DNA from: Armatimonadota bacterium
GTDB lineage: Bacteria > Armatimonadota > UBA5829
DNA length: 64,000 bases
Assembly (NCBI GenBank): GCA_050948905.1
Contig: JBMNES010000001.1
Location: 2,592,083 to 2,656,082 of the forward strand
Direction of reading: 5' to 3'
Positions 17,738 to 27,616 of the stretch are shown piece by piece; position 1 is the stretch's first letter; every line of letters starts with the position of its first letter. A program made the translations under genes and the position numbers. The notes beneath the pieces are model-generated. The model had not been told where the DNA came from and ran no database searches. It was given only the letters and a program-made list of their open reading frames with translations.

Positions 17738-20044
17738 CTATTCGCTTACTTTGCTGTCAACACCACCGCTGCCGATCGGCTTGCCGTCAGTTGCCGACCC
17801 ATCAATAGAACCACCGCTGCCAGGTAGTGCGAAATCTGCATAATATCTTGAATAAAAGTGACAGCTATCGACAGTATCCGACGGCATTCTATTCACTGCA
17901 ACACCGATAATATTCGCCCGCGCTTTCCTCAGCAGGTCGCGAGTGTGGACCTCGGTTCCCCGTGGCACCTGGTTTGCTGAGACGACCATAAGCACCGCAT
18001 CCACCCAATTGGCCAACATAGGGCTATCGCTAAATACAATCGTGCTGGGCGTATCGAACAGCACCAGATCACACTTATCCTGCAGCGAACTCACTAACTC
18101 GTGCATCGCCTCCGATCCTAACAGCTCAGAAGGGTTCATAGGCTGCGGCCCCGCTGGGATTACGATCAGGTTTTCCACCTCAGTCGTATGACAGGCATCA
18201 ACCAGAGTCCCTTTGCCCTGCAGCAACGTACTCAACCCGGCAGCGTTCGGTATATCGAAAAACCGATGCAAACTGGGCTTACGCATATCCGCATCTATAA
18301 GGATCACTCGTTTGCCGATCTGCGCCAACGCTATGGCTAAATTGCACACCGTCGTAGTAGCGCCCTGACCAGGTCTCCCAGTGGCGATCATCAACGTACG
18401 GAAGGGATTGTCTCTAAGCGCAAACAACACATTGGTGCGCAATATTTTATATGATTCGGCCATTGGTGAAAGAGGATAAAGATGAGTCAGCCTCGGAAGC
18501 ATCCCATCCCTCACCACCAACTGCGGCGTCACGCCGAGCACAGGTAGTTCCAGCATTTTTTCAACATCGGACGCGTGGCGCATTCGGTTGTCGATGGAAT
18601 CCAGCCAGACTGCCGCCAACACACCAACGATCAACGATAGCACAAAGCCATAGACCAGCAAGGATTTTCGCGACGGCCCCTGCACTATAGGCCCCTGTGA
18701 ATAGTGAGCCCACCCGTAAGGTACTATGGATCCTGTGCGAGTAAACTCCTTTTCGGCGATAACGGCCTGGTCGTGTTTCTCCGACAGCATTTTGTAAGTC
18801 GCCTCGGCTTGCGCATATTCCGTCATCAACTCAACATACTGTGGCTGTGAATCGGAGAGTTTCCTGACCCTTTCCTCGGCCTCCGCAAGGCTATTATCTA
18901 CTGCCTGGAGCCTGGCTTGTGCTGTAGCTAAGGAATATTGAGCGTCGGATTTCTTTCGGAGAAGGGCCTGGTGAATCTCGTTAAGCACAGGCGATGAGTA
19001 CGATGGGCCCTCTTCGGCAATCTTATCCTTGAGTATCTCGATTCGCTTCTCCGCCGCCTGATAGAGTTCGTGTTTTGGTTTATAGCGCTGGGCGATCATT
19101 CGCAAATCGACTTCTGCCTGCATCAGTTGTTCTTCGAGCTTAACCGCGCGCGGGTTCATCTCCGCCGGCAGCAGTTGATCGGAGACAAGAGGTTGAGTAA
19201 CCATCTGTAAATCAACGTTAGCAGATGCGGCCTGAGCCTCTTTAACTGCAGCTTCAGCCTCAGACTTCGCTGCCCTCAAGCCAGCGATAGAACTAATGGC
19301 CGTCCCGGTCTCCGCATCAATAGAGACCACCTTATGATTGTCCTTATATTGAGCGATCTCTTCACGCAAGACATCAAGCTTGACCTTGGCTTCCTGTTTG
19401 CTGGTTTTAAGGAAGTGCTCGTATGTGCGAGTATCCGCCCGGCTCTTATCCTGATAGCTCTCAGCAAAGGCCACCGCCACCGCATTGGCAAGGAAAGGGG
19501 AATCGTGCCCGTTTGGCATCTTAATTGTCAATCGTATGATATCTGTCGTAGTACCCTTTTCTCCGACAGTCTCACTTCGTACAGGAGTTACTTCAAGCAC
19601 GCTGCTCCAGTCTTGATGTCGCAGCGGCTTGCCCGGCTCTATCATTATTGTAGTCAAAGGTCTATTTGGTCGCGGAGGCAGTTCCGAATCCGGCACATCC
19701 GGCCCCACCAGGGCCCGCAGTTGCTTCTTCTGCTGGTCGGGGGTCTTTTCAAGAAATGCGCGCGCTCTATCGTAGACTTCACCCTGCTGCGCTAGAATGA
19801 TGAGGTTGCTTAGAATAACAGTTCTGTCAGGACCCGTGCCGCGGCGAGTGCTGGCCGTTGTAACTCCGCCCTGCATTACCTGCATACTTGGCGATACATA
19901 AGCTGAAGCCTCGTAGACAATTCTAGGCTTAGGTGCAGCGATTATAATGACCAAAAGGGTAATAGCCACGACCCCAAGAATCATCCATCTTCTCTGCCTG
20001 ATCACTCTTATGGTATGCCAAAAGTTCATAACAGAAATGACCAA
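17738..20044 (-). CDS. Wzc/GumC-like polysaccharide co-polymerase with C-terminal CpsD/BY-kinase-like P-loop domain (Walker A lysine replaced)
   Basis: 768 aa; N-terminal TM, long coiled-coil periplasmic region, second TM, then ATGRPGQGATTTVCNLAIALAQIGKRVILIDADMRKPS (Walker A-like without Lys; Walker A' ILIDADMR; Walker B DLVLFDTPS). Confidence 0.75.
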   Translation of the reverse strand: MVISVMNFWHTIRVIRQRRWMILGVVAITLLVIIIAAPKPRIVYEASAYVSPSMQVMQGGVTTASTRRGTGPDRTVILSNLIILAQQGEVYDRARAFLEKTPDQQKKQLRALVGPDVPDSELPPRPNRPLTTIMIEPGKPLRHQDWSSVLEVTPVRSETVGEKGTTTDIIRLTIKMPNGHDSPFLANAVAVAFAESYQDKSRADTRTYEHFLKTSKQEAKVKLDVLREEIAQYKDNHKVVSIDAETGTAISSIAGLRAAKSEAEAAVKEAQAASANVDLQMVTQPLVSDQLLPAEMNPRAVKLEEQLMQAEVDLRMIAQRYKPKHELYQAAEKRIEILKDKIAEEGPSYSSPVLNEIHQALLRKKSDAQYSLATAQARLQAVDNSLAEAEERVRKLSDSQPQYVELMTEYAQAEATYKMLSEKHDQAVIAEKEFTRTGSIVPYGWAHYSQGPIVQGPSRKSLLVYGFVLSLIVGVLAAVWLDSIDNRMRHASDVEKMLELPVLGVTPQLVVRDGMLPRLTHLYPLSPMAESYKILRTNVLFALRDNPFRTLMIATGRPGQGATTTVCNLAIALAQIGKRVILIDADMRKPSLHRFFDIPNAAGLSTLLQGKGTLVDACHTTEVENLIVIPAGPQPMNPSELLGSEAMHELVSSLQDKCDLVLFDTPSTIVFSDSPMLANWVDAVLMVVSANQVPRGTEVHTRDLLRKARANIIGVAVNRMPSDTVDSCHFYSRYYADFALPGSGGSIDGSATDGKPIGSGGVDSKVSE

Positions 20045-20256
20045 TGACCATCATTTATAACGGAGGTCTGTAATGGCCGTAAGTCAACTCCTTCAAGTCT
20101 GCAATCTACCTCTTCATTATACCACGTCAAGGGAATTTCTCCCCACAATGACTTGGCGGCCAGCCAGTATTTATACGTGGCACTCACACCGACAAATACG
20201 CAACGGATCACGGAAGAGGTTCCAGGTAGGCGGCCAAAATTTGGAGGAAGTGAAAA

Positions 20257-21066
20257 TTAGCAGGCGCCGCGTTTGAGCAAGACCGCAGGGATAGTGGAGA
20301 GCAAAATCCACACGTCCAGCAACACGCTCCGCTGTTCGATATAGAGCATATCCATTTTTACTCGCTCTTCATAGGATGTGTTGCTGCGGCCCCTTGTCTG
20401 CCATAAGCCGGTGAGGCCAGGAGTTACTGTCTTGAACTGTTCGATGCACGGGCCATAAATATCGACCTCATCGGCATGAATCGGCCTTGGGCCTACAAAT
20501 GCCATGTCGCCAAGGATGACGTTAATTAACTGCGGCAGTTCGTCGAGGCTGGATTTCCTTAAAAAACTGCCGACTCTGGTGACCCGTGGATCGGATTTGA
20601 GTTTGCAACAGACGTAATAATTGCGCTTCAACTCTTCGTCTCTAGCCAGAATGCCCTCAGCATCGTCGACCATCGAACGGAACTTTAACATATCGAAGCT
20701 CTTTCCGTTTTTGCCGATCACCCGTCTTTTGAAAAGTATAGGGCCAGGGCCAGAAGCTCTTACGAGAACAGCGGCAATCAGGAAGACCGGAGCCGACACC
20801 AGCAGCAGCGAAGCGGCCATAGTCACATCAATCGTGCGCTTGATGACATGATAACATGCGCCTACTCGCCGTTCCAACTCGGCCAGTCGCCGCTGGCGTC
20901 GCTTTATGACGACAATTGCGCCAAATCCTATAGGGGCCAAAACTGCAGCAGATACTTCTGGAACAGTCGCAATGTTGTTATCAGCATACACAATGTGTAC
21001 ACCGATTAACAGCAATAGCGCCGACAGTATCAAAATTGACGACAGATGTCGCAAAGCTTCCCTCAT
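20257..21066 (-). CDS. polyprenyl-phosphate sugar phosphotransferase (bacterial sugar transferase, small PglC/WbaP C-domain type)
   Basis: 269 aa; KRTIDVTMAASLLLVSAPVFLIAAVLV re-entrant helix, DELPQL, FVGPRP and PGLTG motifs diagnostic of initiating phosphoglycosyltransferases; about 70-aa N-terminal extension with two hydrophobic segments. Confidence 0.85.
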   Translation of the reverse strand: MREALRHLSSILILSALLLLIGVHIVYADNNIATVPEVSAAVLAPIGFGAIVVIKRRQRRLAELERRVGACYHVIKRTIDVTMAASLLLVSAPVFLIAAVLVRASGPGPILFKRRVIGKNGKSFDMLKFRSMVDDAEGILARDEELKRNYYVCCKLKSDPRVTRVGSFLRKSSLDELPQLINVILGDMAFVGPRPIHADEVDIYGPCIEQFKTVTPGLTGLWQTRGRSNTSYEERVKMDMLYIEQRSVLLDVWILLSTIPAVLLKRGAC

Positions 21067-21342
21067 AATCCGCTGTGAGCGTAATAATAGGCGTGGCCCC
21101 TTAATATTGCGTGGGGTCTACTGGCCCGTCCGTGGGATAACGATGCACTCGCACTTCCGTGATGCGAGCTACCATTTGCAGCACCTTTTTTATAGCACAC
21201 CTGGCAAAACAAGTCAACACTAACCGCTACAGAATGCTACAAAACAGGTATAATTACTAGCAATTGCACTTGGGATACATTAAACAGTCATAATAATGAC
21301 ATCATCTATCGTTCAAGTGCTCTCCAAAAAGCTCTGTTTTTC

Positions 21343-22350
21343 CTATTGCCTGTCGGCGTACCACTCTTCGCTGAAACGCCGGTGCTCCGCGCTGTCTTTG
21401 ATCGTGCGCCACCATTGTTGGTTTTCCATATACCAGCGAATAGTATCACGCATTCCTTGCTGGAAATCGTGTGTCCGCTGCCATCCTAAAGCCAGGAGCT
21501 TGCTGGAATCTAGCGCGTAGCGGCGGTCGTGTCCCGGCCGATCCTCTACGTGCTTTATAAGGCGCTCGTCCTTGCCGGTAACCTCAAGAATCATCTTGAC
21601 AATCTCGACGTTGGGTCTTTGATTGTCGCCGCCGATATTGTATATCTCCCCGGCAACACCCTTGTCCATCACGGTTTCGATGCCAGTGCAGTGGTCGAGC
21701 ACATGCAGCCAGTCCCGAATCTGCATTCCGTCGCCATATACAGGCAGAGATATGTCGTCTATGGCGTTGCTGACGAACAGCGGCACGAGCTTTTCAGGCT
21801 GTTGGTATGGGCCGTAGGTGTTGGAACCGCGGGTGACCATAACAGGCACGCCATAGGTGCGCCAGTATGCCCTCGCAAGCAACTCCCCGCCGGTTTTGCT
21901 CGCCGAATATGGACTGTTAGGGGAAACTGGATCGGTTTCTTTTGAGAAGCCCTCCTCGACGTCGCCGTATACTTCGTCTGTTGAGATTTGTATGAATTTC
22001 TCGAGCCCGTATTCTCTGGCGGCCTCCATTAAAGTGTAGACGCCCATCACATCGGTCGTGATAAACGCCTCCGGATCATAAATTGACCGGTCCACGTGGC
22101 TTTCAGCTGCGAAGTTTATGACAATATCAGCGTCAGCGACTGGCTTTGCGACATCTTCCCTGCAGCGAATATCCCCTTTGATAAAACTAAAACGACTGTC
22201 GTCTCTGACATCTTCCAGGTTCTCAAGATGCCCCGCGTAAGTGAGCGCGTCAAGAACGACGATCTCGCAGTCGTCACGCGTGTTGAGAATATGCCTGACA
22301 AAATTGCTTCCAATAAACCCGGCCCCGCCGGTCACAAGTAGCTTCTTCAA
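21343..22350 (-). CDS. rfbB: dTDP-glucose 4,6-dehydratase
   Basis: 335 aa; MKKLLVTGGAGFIGSNFVRHIL..., extended SDR with YSASK catalytic motif (PYSASKTGGELL). Confidence 0.9.
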   Translation of the reverse strand: MKKLLVTGGAGFIGSNFVRHILNTRDDCEIVVLDALTYAGHLENLEDVRDDSRFSFIKGDIRCREDVAKPVADADIVINFAAESHVDRSIYDPEAFITTDVMGVYTLMEAAREYGLEKFIQISTDEVYGDVEEGFSKETDPVSPNSPYSASKTGGELLARAYWRTYGVPVMVTRGSNTYGPYQQPEKLVPLFVSNAIDDISLPVYGDGMQIRDWLHVLDHCTGIETVMDKGVAGEIYNIGGDNQRPNVEIVKMILEVTGKDERLIKHVEDRPGHDRRYALDSSKLLALGWQRTHDFQQGMRDTIRWYMENQQWWRTIKDSAEHRRFSEEWYADRQ

Positions 22351-22389
22351 ATCTAAATCCCCATATACCTGATAATCCGATGATATTCT

Positions 22390-22845
22390 CTAGACAAACT
22401 TGATGTCCCAGTTGTACGGAATCTTATCGCTGTTCCACACCTCGCGATACTCGTCCGGGTCCTTCGAATCGTACGGTCGGGTGGGATAATTAATCAGCAG
22501 CGAGGGCTCCGTGCCAATGGTTTTGTAGCCGTGCATAGTGCCGACGGGGATCTTCAGCAGAATCGGGTTATTTTCGCCGAGAAAGAACTCGTTTACCTCG
22601 CCGTAAGTGGCGGAATCCTCGCGGCAATCATATACAACCGCCTTCACCATCCCTTTTACTACAACCCAAAGATCGTGCTGTTTTCTATGATAATGCCACG
22701 CACGAATGACCCCCGGATAGTTGAGAGATACATAACACTGCCCAAAATGCTCGAATATTTCGTCGTCCTCGCGCAGCATCTCCATAAGATAGCCGCGCTC
22801 ATCTGCGTGAGGCTTGAGCTGTTTGATCTCGATTCCATCTATCAT
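22390..22845 (-). CDS. RmlC-like cupin (dTDP-4-keto-6-deoxyhexose 3,5-epimerase family or related ketoisomerase), short form
   Basis: 151 aa; DERGYLMEMLRE...AWHYHRKQ resembles RmlC DERGFF...GLHYQ block but protein is 30-40 aa shorter than canonical RmlC; ATGA overlap with rmlA. Confidence 0.55.
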   Translation of the reverse strand: MIDGIEIKQLKPHADERGYLMEMLREDDEIFEHFGQCYVSLNYPGVIRAWHYHRKQHDLWVVVKGMVKAVVYDCREDSATYGEVNEFFLGENNPILLKIPVGTMHGYKTIGTEPSLLINYPTRPYDSKDPDEYREVWNSDKIPYNWDIKFV

Positions 22846-23909
22846 CAGATTACACTGACCTCGCTGTTATCCCCCAGCATCATTCGATAAGCCTTTGGGG
22901 TTTTGTTATTGCGTGAAATGTGAACGTTCTTGCCAATCAGGCTATCAGCCATTCTGCTGCCAATATCCAGCACCTGGGAGTCCTCCAGAATTATGCTGTG
23001 CTCTATCTCGCTGCCACGGATTATTGAACGATCGTTAATAGAGGTATATGGGCCGATAAAGGCGTTCTCAACAACGCAGTCCTCGCCGATTATCGCAGGG
23101 CCGCGAATGCAACTGTTGACTATCCTGCTGCCCTTACTGGCGACTACCCTGCCCTCGATAGTGGACGATTCGTCGATTTCACCGTCGAGCTGAGTCTTAA
23201 GCCCGTCTAGGATCATTCGATTGGCCTCGAGCATATCTTCCAGCTTGCCGGTGTCTTTCCACCAGCCCGTAATGATATGGCTTTCGACCCGATAACCTTT
23301 GTCAATTAAATACTGAATTGCGTCGGTAATCTCAAGTTCGCCTCGCGCGGATGGCTTGATAGCGTTTACGGCCTCAAAGACGTGATGATCGAACATATAA
23401 ACGCCGACCAAGGCCAGGTCCGAGGGTGGGTTTTCAGGTTTTTCGACCAGCCGCACCACCCTGCCCTGTTCAATCTCCGCTACCCCGAACTCACGCGCAT
23501 TGGGCACGTGAGCAAGCAGGATCTGTGAGTTGGCCTCGGTTTGGGTGTATTCATCGACAAACGGCTTGACACCATCTTTTATTAAATTGTCTCCGAGAAA
23601 CATAACAAACGGCTCGCCCGCCATAAAATCCTCGGATATCTTCACCGCATGCGCCAAACCCAATGGAGCGTCCTGTTGAATGTAGGTTACTTTTACGCCA
23701 AAGCGGGAGCCGTCGCCGACCGCTGCTCGAATCTCCTCGTGAGTATCTCCGACGATAATGCCGATATCATCGATCCCAGCGTCACGAATGGCTTCTATCG
23801 CATAAAACAGAATAGGCTTATTCGCCACAGGCACAAGCTGTTTGGCGCTCGTATGGGTGATAGGACGAAGTCTGGTGCCTTTGCCGCCGCTGAGAATAAG
23901 GGCCTTCAT
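22845..23909 (-). CDS. rmlA: glucose-1-phosphate thymidylyltransferase, long form with C-terminal left-handed beta-helix
   Basis: MKALILSGGKGTRLRPITHTSAKQLVPVANKPILFYAIE...; ATG at 23909 preceded by GGAGGAG; the longer MEEQ start at 23921 lies inside that SD. Confidence 0.9.
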   Translation of the reverse strand: MKALILSGGKGTRLRPITHTSAKQLVPVANKPILFYAIEAIRDAGIDDIGIIVGDTHEEIRAAVGDGSRFGVKVTYIQQDAPLGLAHAVKISEDFMAGEPFVMFLGDNLIKDGVKPFVDEYTQTEANSQILLAHVPNAREFGVAEIEQGRVVRLVEKPENPPSDLALVGVYMFDHHVFEAVNAIKPSARGELEITDAIQYLIDKGYRVESHIITGWWKDTGKLEDMLEANRMILDGLKTQLDGEIDESSTIEGRVVASKGSRIVNSCIRGPAIIGEDCVVENAFIGPYTSINDRSIIRGSEIEHSIILEDSQVLDIGSRMADSLIGKNVHISRNNKTPKAYRMMLGDNSEVSVI

Positions 23910-23932
23910 TTGCTCCTCCACTTATTACCTAA

Positions 23933-23961
23933 AGCATAGACTCTACCGGGCGTCGCGTCAA
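23933..23961 (-). promoter_or_regulatory. candidate sigma70-type promoter for the rml operon
   Basis: Minus strand reads TTGACG-17nt-TATGCT about 20 nt upstream of the SD/ATG of rmlA. Confidence 0.35.
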
Positions 23962-24041
23962 CTCAATGAAGCAAACCTGATGCAGCGGTAGATGAGCACA
24001 ATAATGCCGTGCTGCCTGTTTAATAGTTGGCAATCTCAGTA

Positions 24042-24914
24042 CTATAGCTTAGGGTCGGTTTGGGCAGCGGCGTGATAGGAACTTCTCACCAGCGGGCCTG
24101 ATTCCACAAACCCGAATCCCATTTCAAGGCCAATTCGCTTGAGATCGGCGAACTCATCAGGAGTATAATATCGTGCGATGGGATGATGGGCTGCGCTAGG
24201 TGCGAGATACTGGCCTATTGTGAGAATATCACAACCCACCGAACGGAGATCCTCCATAGCCTGCAACAACTCTTCCCAGGATTCCCCAACCCCTACCATT
24301 ATGCCGGATTTTGTGCGTATTTGGGAGTCAAGCTCCTTTGCTTTGCGCAGCAGCTCAATTGACCTGGCATAAACGGCCTGAGGTCGGACGTGGGGGTAAC
24401 AGCGCTCGATGGTCTCGATATTATGGTTAAGGATTTCCGGCTTCTGCTCGACTACGGTTTGCAAAGCACGCGGATCTCCCTGGAAGTCGGGGATTAACAC
24501 TTCTACAGAGCATCCGGGGACTGTATCGTGTATGAGCTTAATTATCTCCGCGAAGATCGACGCGCCGCCGTCTTCGAGGTCGTCGCGAGTTACGCTGGTG
24601 ATAACTGCATGTCTGAGGCCGAGATATTTAACGGCATCAGCCACCCGTCGCGGTTCATCTTTATCAAGTGGCAGTCTTTTAATGGCACGCTCGGCGGCCC
24701 AGCAACTGGAAACGGCGCAAAACTGGCAGTCCCGCGTGCAGACGTTGCCCAGTATCATGAAAGTGGCGGTTCGTTCTCGCCAGCACTCCCCTATGTTAGG
24801 ACAACACGCGCTTTGACAGACCGTATGCAACCGGGCGGACTCGACAAGCTCTTTAAGCTCTTCGTATTCCTCACCAGCCGGCGCCTTTGCCTTAATCCAG
24901 GAGGGTCGATTCAT
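24042..24914 (-). CDS. lipA: lipoyl synthase
   Basis: 290 aa; CQSACCPNIGEC and CTRDCQFC radical-SAM/auxiliary cluster cysteine motifs. Confidence 0.9.
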   Translation of the reverse strand: MNRPSWIKAKAPAGEEYEELKELVESARLHTVCQSACCPNIGECWRERTATFMILGNVCTRDCQFCAVSSCWAAERAIKRLPLDKDEPRRVADAVKYLGLRHAVITSVTRDDLEDGGASIFAEIIKLIHDTVPGCSVEVLIPDFQGDPRALQTVVEQKPEILNHNIETIERCYPHVRPQAVYARSIELLRKAKELDSQIRTKSGIMVGVGESWEELLQAMEDLRSVGCDILTIGQYLAPSAAHHPIARYYTPDEFADLKRIGLEMGFGFVESGPLVRSSYHAAAQTDPKL

Positions 24915-25738
24915 CGTTTCGCTCTCGATTCCTGTTTGACATCATCCTCTAAGTCTAACAAGAAGTATTTTGATTCATTTAGCGCATTCAAAGGGTCCGA
25001 CGGCCAGGCGATCTCCAGGCATATTACGGCATCTTCGCGAAGTTTGACCATCTCCTCAACAACCGGTTGCCAATTGATTGAACCGTGCCCAGGCGGCAAA
25101 TGCAGGTCCCTGGTGCCGAAATTGTCGTCGACGTGGACCTCGTAGATCAAGTCCCTTAATTCAGATAAAAAGACCTCAGGCCGGATGCCGTCGTTTGTAC
25201 AACTTCTATTTGCATGGCCGACGTCAACGCATATCCCCAATCCGGTCTTTTCGGGATCGTGGCCGACCATATCGATAGCCGCTCGCAGGACAGGCAAACC
25301 CAGCCCGCCGAGATTCTCAAGCACCAGTAATACCCCGCTATCCAGGGCGTATTTGCAAAGGTTTCTGGCATCCTCTGGACACGGCTGATGACCGTCTATA
25401 CCTAAACCCAGAATGTAAGGATGTATTACCATCTGGCCGATACCCATTCGGCGCGTGATGTCAATTTCCTGCCGAATTATATCCGGGGCCCAGGTGTTGA
25501 CGGATGCGTGAGTTGTGATAAGGCCAGCCGATTCAGCGATTGCTGCCATTTGGTCTATTAGCTTCTCATCCGGCAACCTGCGGTCGTCCCAGCCCTGCGC
25601 GACAAGAATCTCTACCCCGAACCCTGCATCTACAATCCGCTGGGCGGCCTCGGTAATCGGCATGTCACAGACCGATGTATTGCGAACACCATAAAACACC
25701 TCCACCGAGGCGCATATATTGGAAGCTATGCTCAGCAC
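24911..25738 (-). CDS. sugar phosphate isomerase/epimerase (xylose isomerase-like TIM barrel)
   Basis: 275 aa; overall pattern of AP-endonuclease 2/xylose-isomerase-like TIM barrel (VLENLGG..., ICVDVGHAN); ATGA overlap with lipA. Confidence 0.55.
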   Translation of the reverse strand: MLSIASNICASVEVFYGVRNTSVCDMPITEAAQRIVDAGFGVEILVAQGWDDRRLPDEKLIDQMAAIAESAGLITTHASVNTWAPDIIRQEIDITRRMGIGQMVIHPYILGLGIDGHQPCPEDARNLCKYALDSGVLLVLENLGGLGLPVLRAAIDMVGHDPEKTGLGICVDVGHANRSCTNDGIRPEVFLSELRDLIYEVHVDDNFGTRDLHLPPGHGSINWQPVVEEMVKLREDAVICLEIAWPSDPLNALNESKYFLLDLEDDVKQESRAKR

Positions 25739-25754
25739 GTTATCACCTTTGAGA

Positions 25755-27566
25755 CTACAGATCGTCTCCTATTTTCAGGACGCTCATAAAGGCCTCCTGT
25801 GGGACCTCTACGCTGCCTATGCTCTTCATCCGTTGCTTGCCCTCTTTTTGCTTTTCGAGAAGCTTGCGTTTGCGGGTAATGTCGCCGCCGTAGCATTTGG
25901 CAGTGACGTTCTTTCTGTACGGCCGAACCGATGCCGCAGCAATTACTTTGTGGCCAAGCGATGCCTGTATTCTTACTTCAAACTGCTGCCTGGGAATGAC
26001 ATCCTTCAGCCGCTCGACCAATACTTTGGCGCGAGAGTAGGCCCGGTCGCGATGAGTTATAAACGACAGCGCGTCGACAGGGTCGCCGTTTAACAATATA
26101 TTGAGCTTGCTGAGCTGGCTGACCTCATAACCGCAGAACTCGTAATCGAAACTGGCATATCCGCGCGTGCGGCTCTTCAGCGAGTCGAAGAAGTCCATCA
26201 CGATCTCAGCCAACGGCAGTTTATAGTGTATCATCACGCGATCCGGCGCCGGATACTCCATTCCGACGTATATGCCCCTTCGTTCGCGACACAGCTCTAT
26301 GACCACGCCGGTATACTCAGCCGGAACCAGAATAGTCGCGTTGACGTAAGGCTCCTCGACTTCCTCGGTTTCCGTAGAGGGCGGGAGGTTGTTTGGATTA
26401 TCTACGTCGATTATATCCCCGCTGGTCTTTAACACCCTGTACACAACACTGGGGGCAGTGGCTATCAAGGTCAGGCCGAACTCGCGCTCCAGTCGTTCCT
26501 GCACGATATCCATATGAAGCAGCCCGAGAAAACCACATCTGAAACCAAATCCCAGGGCCGCTGAGCTTTCCGGCTCAAATGTTAAGGCCGCGTCGTTGAG
26601 TTGCAGTTTAGTGAGAGCCTCCCGCATAGTGGTGTATTGATTGGAATTGGTCGGAAACAATCCGCAGAAGACCATAGGTTTGACTTCACGATAGCCAGGC
26701 AGCGGAGAAGTGGCTGGGCGCTCGGCCTGGGTTACCGTGTCCCCTACCCGACTATCGCCTACGTTTTTCATTCCAGCCACGAAATACCCGACCTCACCTG
26801 CCTGCAGAGCTTTAGTCGGTGACATCTCCGGCTTGAACACCCCGACGTTGCTTACCTCAAACTCCTTGCCGCTGGACATCATACGAACCCGCATGCCAGG
26901 AGTAATGGCGCCGTCGACCACTCGCACGTACGCGACCACGCCAAGATACTGGTCGAAATGCGAGTCGAAGATAAGTGCGCGTAGCGGCTTAGCAGGATCA
27001 CCCGAAGGCGGAGGTATTCTTTTGACTATGGCTTCGAGAACCTCTTCGGTGCCTATGCCCTGTCGTGCGCTGGCCAGAATCGCATCTGAGGCATCGACCG
27101 CAACGGTATTCTCGATCTCCTCGCGCACACGTTCCGGATCGGCCATTTCGAGGTCGATTTTGTTTATCACCGGCACGATTTCGAGATTTGCAGACATAGC
27201 TAGATTAGTATTGGCCAGAGTCTGCGCCTCAACGCCCTGACTGGCATCGACCACGAGGACCGCGCCCTCACAGGCCTGAAGCGACCGTGATACCTCATAG
27301 TTGAAGTCCACGTGTCCAGGGGTGTCGATTAGATTCAGCTCATAGGTCTCACCATCGTGAGCCTTATATGCAAGATGCACGGCTGTCATCTTGATAGTGA
27401 TACCGCGCTCACGCTCTAAATCCATCCCGTCAAGGACCTGGTCCTTCATCTGCCGGTCGTCGATGGCGCCGGTGTGTTGAAGAATACGGTCAGCGAGGGT
27501 GGACTTGCCGTGATCTATATGTGCAATAATGCAGAAATTGCGGATATTCGACTGCGAAGTGTTCAT
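25755..27566 (-). CDS. lepA: elongation factor 4
   Basis: 603 aa; [30 protein letters not shown], and LepA-specific C-terminal domain ([25 protein letters not shown]). Confidence 0.95.
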   Translation of the reverse strand: MNTSQSNIRNFCIIAHIDHGKSTLADRILQHTGAIDDRQMKDQVLDGMDLERERGITIKMTAVHLAYKAHDGETYELNLIDTPGHVDFNYEVSRSLQACEGAVLVVDASQGVEAQTLANTNLAMSANLEIVPVINKIDLEMADPERVREEIENTVAVDASDAILASARQGIGTEEVLEAIVKRIPPPSGDPAKPLRALIFDSHFDQYLGVVAYVRVVDGAITPGMRVRMMSSGKEFEVSNVGVFKPEMSPTKALQAGEVGYFVAGMKNVGDSRVGDTVTQAERPATSPLPGYREVKPMVFCGLFPTNSNQYTTMREALTKLQLNDAALTFEPESSAALGFGFRCGFLGLLHMDIVQERLEREFGLTLIATAPSVVYRVLKTSGDIIDVDNPNNLPPSTETEEVEEPYVNATILVPAEYTGVVIELCRERRGIYVGMEYPAPDRVMIHYKLPLAEIVMDFFDSLKSRTRGYASFDYEFCGYEVSQLSKLNILLNGDPVDALSFITHRDRAYSRAKVLVERLKDVIPRQQFEVRIQASLGHKVIAAASVRPYRKNVTAKCYGGDITRKRKLLEKQKEGKQRMKSIGSVEVPQEAFMSVLKIGDDL

Positions 27567-27616
27567 CGCCTATATTTTACCAGAGCAGACGAGAACCGGC
27601 AAACTGAATAGCATTT

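Noticed and set aside
20257-21066. PEP-CTERM-like segment (VPEVSAAVLAPIGFGAIVVIKRRQRR) in the phosphoglycosyltransferase
   Set aside because: Located near the N-terminus, not the C-terminus, and continues in frame into the PGT core with no alternative start; most likely an ordinary TM helix with a positive-inside flank
21067-21342. Hairpin CACTCGCA-8nt-TGCGAGCT in the rfbB/PGT intergenic region as a terminator
   Set aside because: On the transcribed (minus) strand the A/T run precedes rather than follows the stem, so it is not a canonical intrinsic terminator; may be a leader structure
23910-23921. Upstream MEEQ start for rmlA
   Set aside because: That ATG sits inside the GGAGGAG Shine-Dalgarno that serves the MKALIL start 3-5 nt downstream
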